Source: Ruditapes philippinarum
Taxonomy: Eukaryota
Assembly (NCBI RefSeq): GCF_026571515.1
Contig: NW_026864050.1
Location: forward strand, 1 to 64,000
Length of the DNA: 64,000 bases
Direction: 5' to 3'
Within the stretch, counting starts at the first letter, position 1. Each line of letters begins with the position of its first letter. Made by a program: the position numbers and the translations under genes. The notes under the pieces are model-generated. The model worked only from the letters and a program-made list of their open reading frames with translations. It ran no database searches and had not been told where the DNA came from. Shown in pieces: positions 27,301 to 45,838 of this stretch.

Positions 27301-29542
27301 GCTACAAAAAAAATATAAATCAAAGTTCTGGGGTCGTAAACAGACCCATCACGGTAGTCACTGTTACATAAAATAAAGTTGTAGGTTGAAAGAAATTGAT
27401 TTTCTATTTGCCGAAACTGTTTTGACCAAGAGCTAAGGTATGTGGTAGTAGTAAGTCAGGCTGCTTATTGAGCATTACAATAGTTATATACATTGTAAAT
27501 CATTTTACAAGGCTGAAAGATACATGTATTCCTTCATTTGGAGTTTTTATCTATTTTTCCAATTACTTTCAGTCTGGTACATGTGATTTTGACCTGCTTT
27601 ATTGTCAGTGATAGGTTTTTATGTAATTATGAAAAACAAACACACTTCCGATAATTTTATTACACGTGGAATTGAAAAGACAGTGTGAATTTTTATCAAA
27701 GAATTTTCAAACACTTTTGTATACTTGTTTGATAAAAAACAGATGATGTTCACAAATGTTTGAAAAAAAGATACCAGACTGTAAACAAACTTTACAAAAT
27801 TGATTTCATAAAGTGTTAGAATATTTGGTATGATAGAATTCAATTAAAATAAATCACTAAGGGGTCAGTTGGTGTCTAATGAATTAATTTCTAATATTTT
27901 CTAATTTATGTTTTGTATACAAATCATTCAGTGGTGGCATGGCCAGATGGTTTAAAGCATCAGACTAGTTATCTAAGGATCGCTATCCGAATGGGTTCGA
28001 ACAATGTCATGGGCCTGTCATTGTTTCCTTGAGCAAGAAACTCTACACTTGTTGCTCAGTGTTGGTTGGTTCCAGGAATGGATTCAAAAGTGTGACTAAA
28101 AGCTTCCAGCTCAACTAAAATAAATTCTGTATAAACCAAATACAAATCATTATAATTTCAGGCATTGATGGATGTAGATGAAAAATTTATCCGACCAGTT
28201 CCTCAGAAAATGGTAAATACACTTTATATCAAATAACAAATTCGACTTCTATTTGTACATGTATAATGATAGAAAAGTGTGTTCTTATCAATATTTTATG
28301 AGCTCAGCAATTTTTTAACATTGCGTAATAAAATTGCTCAAGACCTGATGAAAATTTTTCCATGTAATGTTTTAATATATACATTTCAAGAAGTAAATTA
28401 TTTTACAAGGAAGTTAAACATCTATGTATGAATTTTATAATTTATATTAAATGTGGTTATCTATGAATGATCATACATTCTCTTATAATTTACATATGTT
28501 AAATGTTTATTTTTAAATATTGCCTCTTATAAATGTCCATATATAAAAACTCCTTGTCATTAAATGTCACATATTTAATTAAGTATATTTTCTGTTTATA
28601 ACAAAAATTTTTTTGTTAAAAAAGATGGAAAATAAATTGATGTATAAGAATCATATGTATTGTCATGATGGTTTAGATTGGTGTTAAATTTTGCCAAGAT
28701 TAATCTAAATTCTTGTTATATGTATATAGAACATGAAATCTAAGAAGGCTACCAGCTCCCAAGAGAGTTTGCTTGCAGAAGAAACAGACAAGTTATCAGT
28801 CAACTCAGATGTCTCTAGAGGTTGTCATGGAGATAGAAACTCAGAAATTAGACAGGCTGATCTTAGAGAAGGTGAAAAAAAGATTGATTTACGAGAAAAA
28901 TTGAAATTGTCTAAAGCCAGTGGCGGAAAATATTCTAGTACTAAAACGTCAGTGTCAACAGAGACTTCTAGTGGTAGATCAAGTTACAAAGAAACTTTTA
29001 ATAGAAGTTTTGATTCTAAAGACATTCTAGAGAGGTCAAGGTCAAAAGAGGGAAGAAAAGATGTAAAAGAAACTTCAGACAAGAGGTCAAGGTCAAAAGA
29101 GTTAAAAAGTTCAGGGTCAGGTTTTAATAAAGAAGGAATGTGTTCAAGAACTAAAGGAGTGCAAGAAAATTTAAGTTCAGATGATTCTTCTGATCAAAGG
29201 TCATCTAATAAAACATTAGAAAGGTCAGAGGTCAAAAGGTCAAGAGATTTTAAGGATCATTATAGAAACTATATGTCAGATAGTAATGTTTTTGTAAAGA
29301 GACAGCAGGAGAAACTAAAAGACAATGGTTCAAAATCAGATGGGGAGAGTAAACCAGTTTCCAGTGACAGACGAAAGAAAACTGGTGGGGATTTAAAAAA
29401 ACATTTTCAGCCATTTTGGCCGTTATATAAAAAATGGACAGAAAATCGTTGCTATAGCGAGTATGAAATTGTTACAAGGCATGTGAACCAATTATTTATA
29501 AGGGGAGATAATGTTGTCAGTGTATCTATAGCTGATTATTAA
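24348..29542 (+). CDS. LSM11: U7 snRNP-specific Sm-like protein LSm11 (461 aa)
   Basis: Exons 24348-24729, 26626-26765, 28162-28212, 28730-29542, all phases compatible. N-terminal LDPLSPKFDPRRALY...FNNLAEFENYL; Sm1 GPLSVLRKCV...CRGYVIGFDKHFNMALMDVDE; Sm2 RHVNQLFIRGDNVVSV; long spacer between Sm1 and Sm2. This is the diagnostic LSm11 layout. Confidence 0.92.
24973..25020. repeat. 24-bp perfect tandem duplication
   Basis: CGCCCGACTAGAACTGACACTGAA twice. Confidence 0.9.
25270..25790 (-). repeat. Degenerate ~218-bp tandem repeat with a tRNA-like head in each unit (~2.5 units)
   Basis: CCTGACC(A/G)GGACT.GAACCAG (reverse box B) at ~25302, 25515 and 25735. CATACTC...GCTATATTGAAAT at ~25415 and 25634. 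Confidence 0.55.
27930..28140 (+). mobile_element. tRNA-derived SINE in LSM11 intron 2
   Basis: Box A TGGCCAGATGG, box B GGTTCGAAC, core GTTTCCTTGAGCAAGAAACT, TGGTTGGTTCCAGGAA, and an A-rich tail ending ~20 bp before the exon 3 acceptor. Confidence 0.65.
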
Positions 29543-29767
29543 GCTGATTATTTATTGAAAATAATAATTTAACACAGTTTTCTAAATTTCTGGTCTAACC
29601 TGGTATTGTAAATGTAATTATTTGGGGAATTAATGGAATCATTTTTGGATTGTTTATAAAAAGAACTTGAATATCTCAGGAACATTTTCTATTATTTAGT
29701 CATTGTTAAATCATAAACATATGCTTTTGTTTACATAATGCTTTTGTTCATATATATACAGCTACCA

Positions 29768-30592
29768 TTTTTAGCTTAACTATACAAAGTATATGGAGAG
29801 CTGTCCTACTCCTCCGGCCTCCGCATCCAGATTTCAGATTAAAGTTTTAAGTAAAATATTTTACACTTTTTCATTTCTTAATTCAAATATATGTTCCTTA
29901 ATCATCAACCACATCTTATGTGACAAAGTTCATAACTCTAGCTCCAATATTTTCAGATTTATCTCCCCTTGAACTTAGAATTTTCCTTAAAAAATATTAT
30001 TTTTTACCTAACTTCTTTATTACTTAAAAAGTCAGCTTCATACTTCAAATATATGTTCCTTATCATCATCCACATCTTATGTGACAAGGTTCATAACTCT
30101 AGTTCTAATGTTGCAAGGATTAACCTTCCCGTTAACTTAGATGATTTTACTTGAAAAATGTTATTTTTAACTATAACTTCTTTAGTTTTGAAGATATCTA
30201 CCTCAAACTTCAAATACATATTCCTTATCATCAACCAGATCTTATGTGACAAGGTTCATAACTCTTGAAGCAATATTTTTCAGATTTATCTCCCTTTGAA
30301 TATACAAATTTCTTAAAGAAATATTATAACTTCTTTACTTTTTATGGTATCTACTTCAAACTTCAAATACATATTTCATCTCATTACACATATGTTGTGT
30401 GACAAGGGCCATAACTCTAGTGTGACTATTTCCAAAAATTTTCCCCCTTGAACTTGGAATTTAACGACAATAGCTTTTTGTTATTAGAAGAAATATATTT
30501 ATATCATAATTGATTTTTCTTTAATAGTTTTGTCTTACTGCGTCCTGTATTTAATCAGTCGAGCTTCGCTGTCTCCTGTGACAGCTCTTGTT
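29768..30592 (+). mobile_element. HINE-like element with ~163-bp monomers (~4 copies)
   Basis: 5' TTTTAGCT...GAGCT; TCTTATGTGACAAGGTTCATAACTCT repeated at ~29914, 30075, 30240, 30393; 3' GTCGAGC plus CTGTC...GACAG hairpin and CTCTTGTT. Confidence 0.7.
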
Positions 30593-30639
30593 TGTTATGC
30601 TTTATGTTGGTTTGCTGATTTTATGCCAGTTTCATCTCA

Positions 30640-30980
30640 TTTTTATACACCCAAAAATATTTCAGCATACATGTATATTGTTATGCACCTTGTTGTCCGT
30701 TTGTCTGTCTGTTAGCAGTTTCATGATCAGTCTGAATCTTTTGAAATGGTGGAAGGAAATTGAAACTTCTAGGCAGAAATGTTAACCATAATGAGGTGAT
30801 GTGCAGAGCTCAGGTTTGACCTTTCTTAGGTCAAGGTCACACTTATGAATTTCAAAATTTTGTGTCATCTTTGTATCTTGTGAACAGATAGAAGGAAAAT
30901 TAAACTTTTTGGCGGAAACATTACTTATAATGAGGCAATGTGCATAACACAGCGCTTTCAAGATCAAAATTATCTTAATT
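30640..30980 (+). mobile_element. Truncated HINE-like element
   Basis: TTTTATACACCC start, GTCTGTCTG microsatellite and about two degenerate monomers containing AGGTCAAGGTCAC. Confidence 0.45.
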
Positions 30981-31817
30981 TTTGAATTATTCTGAATTTA
31001 TGTCATGATTATTGAATTGAAATAATTCTTTCAGATTTTTGTAGCTTCAGATTTTTGTAGCTTCAGATTTTTGTAGCTTTATTGTGGGCCATTAAACAAT
31101 TTTACCAAAACAAGCTATCATTGATTCTGATAATCAATTTGGGTACCACTTTTTGATCTTTTTCTCTAGTGCAGCAGATAAAGTTATCATTTCAGGATGA
31201 CCGTGATTCTGCGATTTAAGAGTTTTCGTGACTCTTTAGGGATACATGTATCCTCCATTATTATTTTTATATTCGCAAGAGCTGGTATCTTTTGCTGTGT
31301 GTTGCCACCTAAATTGTAATAATATTGCTTTATTTTTCTGGTCCTTCAGGGTCATTGATTCCAATACTTTCAGTGTTGAGGATAAGCATGAGACTAAAAA
31401 AAAGGATTGGAGCACCACAGGAAATGATAAAATGCTAAAATCTTGCCTTTTTACCAAACAGAATGAACTTTAAAAGGTCTTATTCATCTTTTCACACGGA
31501 TTTTTGTATGTAAATGCATGAAAAATGTAATAATCAGCGAAAAAAACGATATTTGTCTATTTTGTGATCATATTGTGAGGTACTGCTCCAATCCTGTAAT
31601 GAGTTAAATCCTGAGGATAATACGCAGTTTAAGTCTGTTTAGGTGTCATGAGAGATGTCTAAGTTTCCTTTATCTCTTGTGAACACAGTCTGAATATAAA
31701 CCATAACTGCAAGTTGAAACTATTTGTTTATGTTTCCTTCTGTTTATTGCTGTAAGGGACTTGTTCTTTACAGAATTGCAATATTTAGATGTGTCTTCTT
31801 ACCCTATAGAAAATAAT

Positions 31818-32041
31818 TGAGCTCCAAACAAAATGCGTTTGCGACAAGCATGGATCCAGACCAGCCTGCACATCCGTGCAGTCTGAACAGGATCCATGCT
31901 GTTCGCTTACAAACCCTATAACAAGTAGAGAAACTGATAGCGAACAGCATGGATCCTGATCAGACTCTGCGAATGCGCAGGCTGGTCTTGATCCATGCTA
32001 GTCGCAAACGCATTACGTTGGTTTTGTCATGGCGTGGCTCA
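31818..32041. mobile_element. Foldback MITE copy (224 bp, deletion in left arm)
   Basis: TGAGC...GCTCA ends and long inverted arms, same family as 32284-32520. Confidence 0.85.
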
Positions 32042-32283
32042 ATTATGTTTCCTTTGCTAGATGCTTCTAGGGTGAGGTGACTTTGACATTATAAGTAGAT
32101 ATAGGTAATTTAGAATATTTTATTATAAAGAGGCCATGATATATCTTCAGTAGATCTTTTTCATTATCATAAAAACAAAAGTTTAGTGGTTCTAGTACTC
32201 TCAGGTGCCCTCTAATGCCTGAAATTATACATGAAGGAGCACCTGACGTCTTCCACCACCTGAATAGCTGGAAAATCAATATA

Positions 32284-32520
32284 TGAGTCGCGCCATGATA
32301 AAACCAACATAATGGGTTTGCGACCAGCATGGATCCAGACCAGCCTGCTCATCCGCGCAGTCTGATCAGGATCCATGCTGTTCGCTAACATACTCTATAA
32401 CAAGTAGAGAAACTGATAGCGAACAGCATGGATCCTGATCAGACTGCGCGGAAGCGCAGGCTGGTCTGGATCCATGCTGATCGCAAACCCATTATGTTGG
32501 TTTTGTCATGGTGCGGCTCA
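32284..32520. mobile_element. 237-bp foldback MITE, inserted at the 3' part of a SINE fragment
   Basis: ~100-bp inverted arms (TGAG.CGCGCCATGA.AAAACCAACATAATGGGTTTGCGACCAGCATGGATCCAGACCAGCCTGC...GTTCGCT), ~37-bp spacer, AT/TA flanks. Confidence 0.9.
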
Positions 32521-32914
32521 TATTAATGTTATTGTTACTCACTGAATCCTCCATATAAAAGCTGAAAAAGATACTCTTAAACTTTATGAATACATCACTA
32601 TACTCAGAGTTCTTCATTAGTAAAGATATATGGCAGCCTATATATTTTGCTGCCTTTTTAGATAAATTAATGGATTCTCAATTCAAATGGTTTTCTTTTT
32701 TAATCTCTCTTATTTTAACAATGGACAGTTACAAATTTAAAGCAGGGCAACTTCAATTAAAATTTGTGTGAGAGATGGTTAAATGATGTAGAGCACAAAC
32801 CTCTCCTTGTGTTCCTACTATTTTTAAACACATATACATGTATGTATATATACGTTTTTTTATGGGAGATTATTATTACAATGCAATCTTTGAAGTACAT
32901 GTTGAATTATGTCT

Positions 32915-34702
32915 TTATTATGCCCCCATTTCGAAGAAAAGGGGGTATATTGCTTTGCACTTGTCGGTCCGTCGGTCCGTCGGTCTGTCGGTCCGTCGGT
33001 CCGTAGACCAAATGGTTTCCGAAGTGATAACTAAAGAAACCCTTAGGCCTAGGAACTTCAAACTTGGTATGGTGATTGGTCATGATCAGTAGATGACCCC
33101 TATTGATTTTGGGGTCAAGGGGTCAAAGGTCAAGGTCACATTGACCTTGTAAGCAAAAACGGTTTCCGATCAATAACTAAAGAACCTTAAGGCCTATGAA
33201 CTTCAAACTTGGTATGGTGATTCGTCATGATCAGAAGATGACCCCTATTGATTTTGGGGTCAAGGGGTCAAAGGTCAAGGTCACATTGACCTTGTAAGCA
33301 AAAACGGTTTCCGATCAATAACTAAAGAACTTTAAGGCCTAGGAACTTCAAAGTTGGTATGGTGATTGGTCATGATCAGTAGATGACCCCTATTGATTTT
33401 GGGGTCAAGGGGTCAAAGGTCAAGGTCACATTGACCTTTGTAAGCAAAAACGGTTTCCGATCAATAACTAAAGAACTTTAAGGCCTAGGAACTTCAAACT
33501 TGGTATGGTGATTGGTCATGATCAGTAGATAACCCCTATAGATTTTGGGGTCAAGGGTCAAAGGTCAAGGTCACATTGACTCTCTGGGTAAAAACGGTTT
33601 CTGATCAATAACAAAAGAACCCTTAGGCCTAGGAACTTCAAACTTGGTATGGTGATTGGTTATGACCAGCAGATGACCCTATTGATTTTGGGGTTAAGGG
33701 GTCAAAGGTCAAGGTCACATTGACCTTGTAGGTAAAAAACGGGTTTCCGATCAATAACGAAAGAACCTTAAGCCTAGGACTTCAAACTTGATATGGTGAT
33801 TGGTCATGATCAGTAGATGACCCCTATTGATTTTGGGTCAAGGGGTCAAAGGTCAAGGTCACATTGACCTCTTAGGTAAAAAGGATTTTCCGATCAATAA
33901 CTAAAGAACCCTTAGGCCTAGGAACTTCAAACTTGGTATGGTGATTGGTCATGACCAGCAGATGACCTATTGATTTTGGGGTCAAGGGGTCAAAGGTCAA
34001 GGTCACATTGACCTTGTAGGTAAAAACGGTTTCCGATCAATTAACTAAAAACGCTTAGGCCTAGGAACTTCAAACTTTGTATGGTGATTGGTCGTGACCA
34101 GCAGATGACCCCTATTGAGTTTTGGGTCAAGGGTTCAAAGGTCAAGGTCACATTGACCTTGTAAGTAAAAACGGTTTCTGATCAATAACTAAAGAACGCT
34201 TTGGCCTAGGAATTTCAAACTTGGCATGGTGATTGGTCATGAGCAGCAGATGACCCCTATTGATTTTGGGGTCAAATGTCAAGGTCACATTGACCTTGTA
34301 TGTTAAAACGGTTTCCGATCAATAACTAAAGAACCCTTAGGCCTAGGAACTTCAAACTTGGTATGGTGATTGGTCATGACCAGCAGATGACCTATTGATT
34401 TGGGGTCAAGGGGTCAAAGGTCACATTGACCTTGTAGGTAAAAACGGTTTCTGATCAATTAACTAAAAACGCTTAGGCCCTAGGAACTTCAAAACTTTTG
34501 TATGATGATTGGTCGTGACCAGTAGATGACCCCTATTGAGTTTTTGGGTCAAGGGTCAAAGGTTAAGGTCATGACCAGTAGATACTTGATAACCCTTATT
34601 AATTGTTTGATCACTGGGTCAGAAGTCATGCATAATAACCTTATCACATGACTAATTGGCTGCTGATAGGGGGCATACATGTTTTACAAACATATCTTGT
34701 TT
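32915..34702 (+). mobile_element. Young HINE-like element with ~11 x ~145-bp satellite monomers
   Basis: TTATTATGCCCCC...GGGGGTATA 5' inverted repeat, (GTCGGTCC)n microsatellite, monomers starting GGTTTCCGATCAATAACTAAAGAAC, 3' GGGGGCATA plus ATGTTT..AAACAT hairpin and CTTGTT. Confidence 0.85.
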
Positions 34703-35018
34703 AAAAAGATTAAGTTTGTAAATGAAATGATCATGAAAAATGGTATTGTTCTGGTGTACTGTTATTTAAAAGTGTATGTCTACTGAGAAAGTATACTTAT
34801 TATGTAATATATTATTGACTTATTGAGTCCAATCTTGTTATAGTTGTTGTTGATAAATGAAAAAGGTTAAATAAAAAATATAAATACTAGGTCTTGTACT
34901 TTTTGTATCAGTTTATTCAGTGAAGCATCACAATTGTCATTATTACATGCTCATAAAGTTTCCGGAAAATGACATCATTAAATCATAGTATGAAAGTTAC
35001 AGGGAAAAAAGTCATGTT

Positions 35019-36677
35019 TTAAATCATTGTATGTTGTAGTATATTTCTGTTAATTACAATAGGCATGCAGTAGAAATTACACAAAGCAGCTTTGACTGGT
35101 CGAGAGTACTGTTCAATCGTTTTTGTAGCCGGGTCAAACATCATGGTAGAATATTGGTTACCATAGCAACCATCGATTAAGATACGCCCGCCATGTACAA
35201 CCACTCCAAAATGATCGAACGCAATGCCGGTTGGCGAAACTTCCAGTGCGTCGTCTTTAAATGTAACGACCTCGCCGTGGCCGTAGAAGATATAGATGGT
35301 GTTGTCAACAACAGCTGTTCTGCTCACTGTTGTCTCAAATTCTGGCATGTCACACACGACTTTGCAAGAATTTGTATCCGTGTCGAAGCACTGTACTTTT
35401 CCACAACTACTTTTCTTTTCCGATTTTCCTCCAAATATGTACACATTTTTCCCCAAGGTTGCAACGGCCGCAAAAGACACGGGTATTGCAAGTGAGCCAA
35501 CAACAGTCGTTACGTTTGTTCTTGTGTTGTACATTTCGATCTCGGAAATTGGTGCTGGGACTTTCTTACTACCGCCAACAATGTAGATGTGACCGTCAAT
35601 GGCTGTCATGCAATGCCCCCAACGTCCTTCACTCATATCGGCACATATTTCCCACTCATTATCAGTCGCCGAATAGCGTAGCATACGTTTCTGTCCTAAA
35701 TACCCTCCAGAGAGATAAACATCGTTGTCACTTGAGCAGACGGCAAAGCGCGCGCCGGGCTCTTCCGGTATTGAAGCAAGGCTATACTCCTTTTCCTTGT
35801 TGAAACTGAAACACTTTATCTCAGTACTTTCTGGGTTTGGTTGTCTACTTCTTGTTCCAACGACACAAATTAGCTCCTCAGTACGATATTGGAACTGCCT
35901 CGGATTCACTGTTATTTCCAAATGTCCTGTGTTCCTAAAGTTTGTGATTTTGTTTAATATTTTCAGACCTGATTCAGAATTAGATAACAGTACATGCCTT
36001 TTCAGTTTTTCTAGGTACTCTTCGCTAAGGAGAGGATATCGTACAAAATTGAAGAGTTTTTCTAAGTGTATACTTCTTTGTTTAGGATCTTCAGCAATCC
36101 ATCCCAGTACAGCATCACACACGACTTCTTCCGAGGATGCATTAAGATCATCAACATTTATAATTGCGATCAATTCGTCAACGCTCAGATTCATGAAGGT
36201 TTTGCACTTCGTAACGCTTTCAAAGTGTTCTAAAATATATACCAAACTTTGTTTAACAAGAGACGCACACCCAAGGTCCGATGCTAGTTTATATATGCCC
36301 ACGCAAGTTTCAGAGGTAAGTCTCAGCACTAGGAAATCTTCACAGATATCTTGTAAACATGGAATTTGGAGCTGAACAGCGGCAGAGAGTACCTTTTCAG
36401 TATTTATTTCCACATCTTCTGTTTTACCCGTGTATATGTACAGTAACACCGTTTCAAATGTTTGACTTTCAATATTCAAAACATCTACTGTTTCCTCTTG
36501 CTTATGTAAGAATAATTCTTTGAAATAGTTGGACAGGGAGCCCAGTATCACGCGATGACACCTGTACGTTTTGTTTCCCGCCTTCACCGTCACGTCCGTG
36601 TTTTGCTGCTTTAACCACATTCCCTCTACACCCTTCGCCAGGTTATCCAAATATTTCTGACGATACTTGCGTTCCAT
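35019..36677 (-). CDS. Kelch-like BTB-BACK-Kelch protein (552 aa), probable Cullin3 substrate adaptor
   Basis: Uninterrupted ORF: BTB (TDVTVKAG..YRCHRVIL...SNYFKELF), BACK (ILEHFESV...FMNLSVDEL...SEEVVCDAVLGW...VRYPLL) and Kelch repeats (VYLSGG, RWGH..IYIVGG, VYIFGG). A probable 5' UTR intron has its acceptor at 36710-36711 and donor near 37777. Confidence 0.92.
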   Translation of the reverse strand: MERKYRQKYLDNLAKGVEGMWLKQQNTDVTVKAGNKTYRCHRVILGSLSNYFKELFLHKQEETVDVLNIESQTFETVLLYIYTGKTEDVEINTEKVLSAAVQLQIPCLQDICEDFLVLRLTSETCVGIYKLASDLGCASLVKQSLVYILEHFESVTKCKTFMNLSVDELIAIINVDDLNASSEEVVCDAVLGWIAEDPKQRSIHLEKLFNFVRYPLLSEEYLEKLKRHVLLSNSESGLKILNKITNFRNTGHLEITVNPRQFQYRTEELICVVGTRSRQPNPESTEIKCFSFNKEKEYSLASIPEEPGARFAVCSSDNDVYLSGGYLGQKRMLRYSATDNEWEICADMSEGRWGHCMTAIDGHIYIVGGSKKVPAPISEIEMYNTRTNVTTVVGSLAIPVSFAAVATLGKNVYIFGGKSEKKSSCGKVQCFDTDTNSCKVVCDMPEFETTVSRTAVVDNTIYIFYGHGEVVTFKDDALEVSPTGIAFDHFGVVVHGGRILIDGCYGNQYSTMMFDPATKTIEQYSRPVKAALCNFYCMPIVINRNILQHTMI

Positions 36678-37923
36678 AGTGTCTCGGTTTGCGCTGTCAA
36701 CTTCCTCTTCTATAAAATATAAAATGTAATTTTTTAATATTGAAAATACAAAATTAGGTCTGAAAATGGCAGTGGTTACAGTACTTCAAAATAAATGGAT
36801 ATTTGTAATAATGCAATTGTAAACGAAGTTATTAGCTCTGTCTTTATAAATTGAAGATTTTATCATAATGTATTGTAAACTTCTTTTGCCGCAGGTATCT
36901 CAAACTGAAATTTTTCTTTTAGATAAGTCATCTTACATGACCAGTAATTAAAAATCCACCCCATTTAATAATTAACACTAAAGTTTTCACTTTAAAGTAA
37001 TATTTTCCATTCTATAAACAAAACGCTGTACATAAAGTTACTTCTATAATATGACTGTTTTAATCCATTAGTAAATATAAACAGTATTAGTTTTTAAAAA
37101 TATTATCTTAAAATCCTTACGCACTTAGCAAAGTAAAGTTGAAAAAACATTAATTTGCTGTAAAGCCGATTTCCAGTACGCGCCGCGATTAGAACAAAAA
37201 TAAGTACATGCTTTTGCTCTTGACTTTATTGGTCTTTTTAATACAGGTCAACGTTTTGTTTGTTTTTAATCTTATTTAGTGTGGATTTTAAGCTATTTAT
37301 AATTTTACTAAACATATACTGCATTGACAAAGGTTATTTAAAGTGTATAAACGTGTACATTTGTTTTGTAAATGTCTGTCATACTGTATATAATAGATAC
37401 AGTAATTGTCTTAGTACGATAACATTTGATCATCATGTATTTTTTTTAATTATTGTATACTATAACTTATTGTTGAGTTACTTCGAATTATTTGCGTCCC
37501 ATCACCATGGGTTCGAATACTGCGCGAAGATTATCGGAATCTAACGGAAATATTACATTTAATTATTTTTAGCTCTGTTTTCAATATACAAGTCCCTGTT
37601 TCTTTTCGATTACTAATAATACAATGGTATTTGTCTTTATTTACCGGCAAATATTTCCTTAATTACAGTTTATAAACTGAAGATACTGTAGTTAAACAAA
37701 TATATATATAAAAAAATCAAATAATTTCTAATATTTCATCTCATTCATTTTGCTGCTATATAAGGAAAAATACTAACCTGTTTTGTCCGTATATTGCGAA
37801 TTCTTATGTGTATTATTTAAAGGCGAAAGACTGTAAATACCATACACTTTACTACAATCGTTGATACCACTCGGACATGATCGAATAATGACGGAAAGTG
37901 CCGAAGATGGTTTGCGACGTCAC

Positions 37924-38010
37924 TATGGTGGCTGATTTATGCCATGTCGTATTTTCGCTTCTTTGCCTCAAAATGCGAAAATGCGAAAACACAGAGGAAC
38001 GACATCTCTT
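37924..38010 (+). mobile_element. Truncated left end of the MITE at 38413
   Basis: TATGGTGGCTGATTTATGCCATGTCGTATTTTCGCTTC...CAAAATGCGAAA, nearly identical to 38413 onward. Confidence 0.75.
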
Positions 38011-38412
38011 CGCGTTATCGATTTTTCGGATAAGGACCTCGAGCTATGAAACTAAACATGTAAACAGATAGTAATTTGATGCATATACCAAGTAAAAGTA
38101 CACCTAAAATAAGTGAATTCATGGATACAAAAGCAAACGATACATTATTTATATGTTTATTATTATGTCTGTAGGAATAGAAAGTACAAAATGCCAACCT
38201 GTTGACATTAAGTCGGATTTGTTTAAAATTCTACATCAGTGGGCATATTTAAATCAGACATATTTTCAATCATCCGAAACAGACTTTATCTTCGTTTTCC
38301 ATTATCGAATATTACACTCTCTGTTTCTGAAACCACGTGGTAGAACTATTTTCAATCCGTATTAACTCCGAGTTTATTACATATAATAGCCGAGGACGTT
38401 CCGATTAATTTT

Positions 38413-38780
38413 TATGGTGGCTGATTTACGCCATGTCGTGTTTTCGCTTCTTCGCCTCAAAATGCGAAAAGGCAAAAATACGAAAATGTAAAAATACACC
38501 AATGCGAAAAATCGAAAACACAACAATGTGAAAAAGTCAAAATACAACAATGCGAAAAAGTGAAATCACAACAATGCGAAAAAGCGAAAATACGACCGAT
38601 GAAATGCAAATAGACGACAGGTTTTACTTGTCGTGTTGTCGCCCTTCTTCTGTCGCATATTCGCTTTTTCGCCTCGAAAATCCGAAAAAGCGAAAACACG
38701 AAGAAACTTCGCCCATTCGTAATTTCGCATTTTGGAGGCAGAGAAGCGAAAACACGACTTGGTGTAAATCAGCCACCATA
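38413..38780. mobile_element. MITE with ~55-bp TIRs and internal ~21-bp tandem subrepeats
   Basis: TATGGTGGCTGATTTACGCCATGTCGTGTTTTCGCTTCT / AGAAGCGAAAACACGACTTGGTGTAAATCAGCCACCATA. Internal AATGCGAAAAA...ACAAC units. Confidence 0.85.
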
Positions 38781-39014
38781 CTGTTAAGATGGACCAAAAA
38801 AGTATATTCAAACCAAAACAACACTGTTCTGAAATACGGAACGACTTTCTTAACCTGTCTCACACTAGTCAATACCATTTGACGACTTGAGCATACTTAA
38901 TTGGGGTTACAATATTGCTTTAATGGAACTATGTCTCACATTTCAAATATTCAGAGTAAAATTAGTTGGAACAATATCGTTTAGATTAACAAATATTTTT
39001 CACTTTGTTTTATT

Positions 39015-45838
<6,824 letters not shown>

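Noticed and set aside
24348-31000. U7 snRNA gene near LSM11
   Set aside because: No AATTTGTCTAG-type Sm site followed by a 3' hairpin was seen by eye.
35193-36375. Plus-strand ORFs (up to 216 aa) over the Kelch gene
   Set aside because: Antisense shadows of a real CDS with no recognisable domain.
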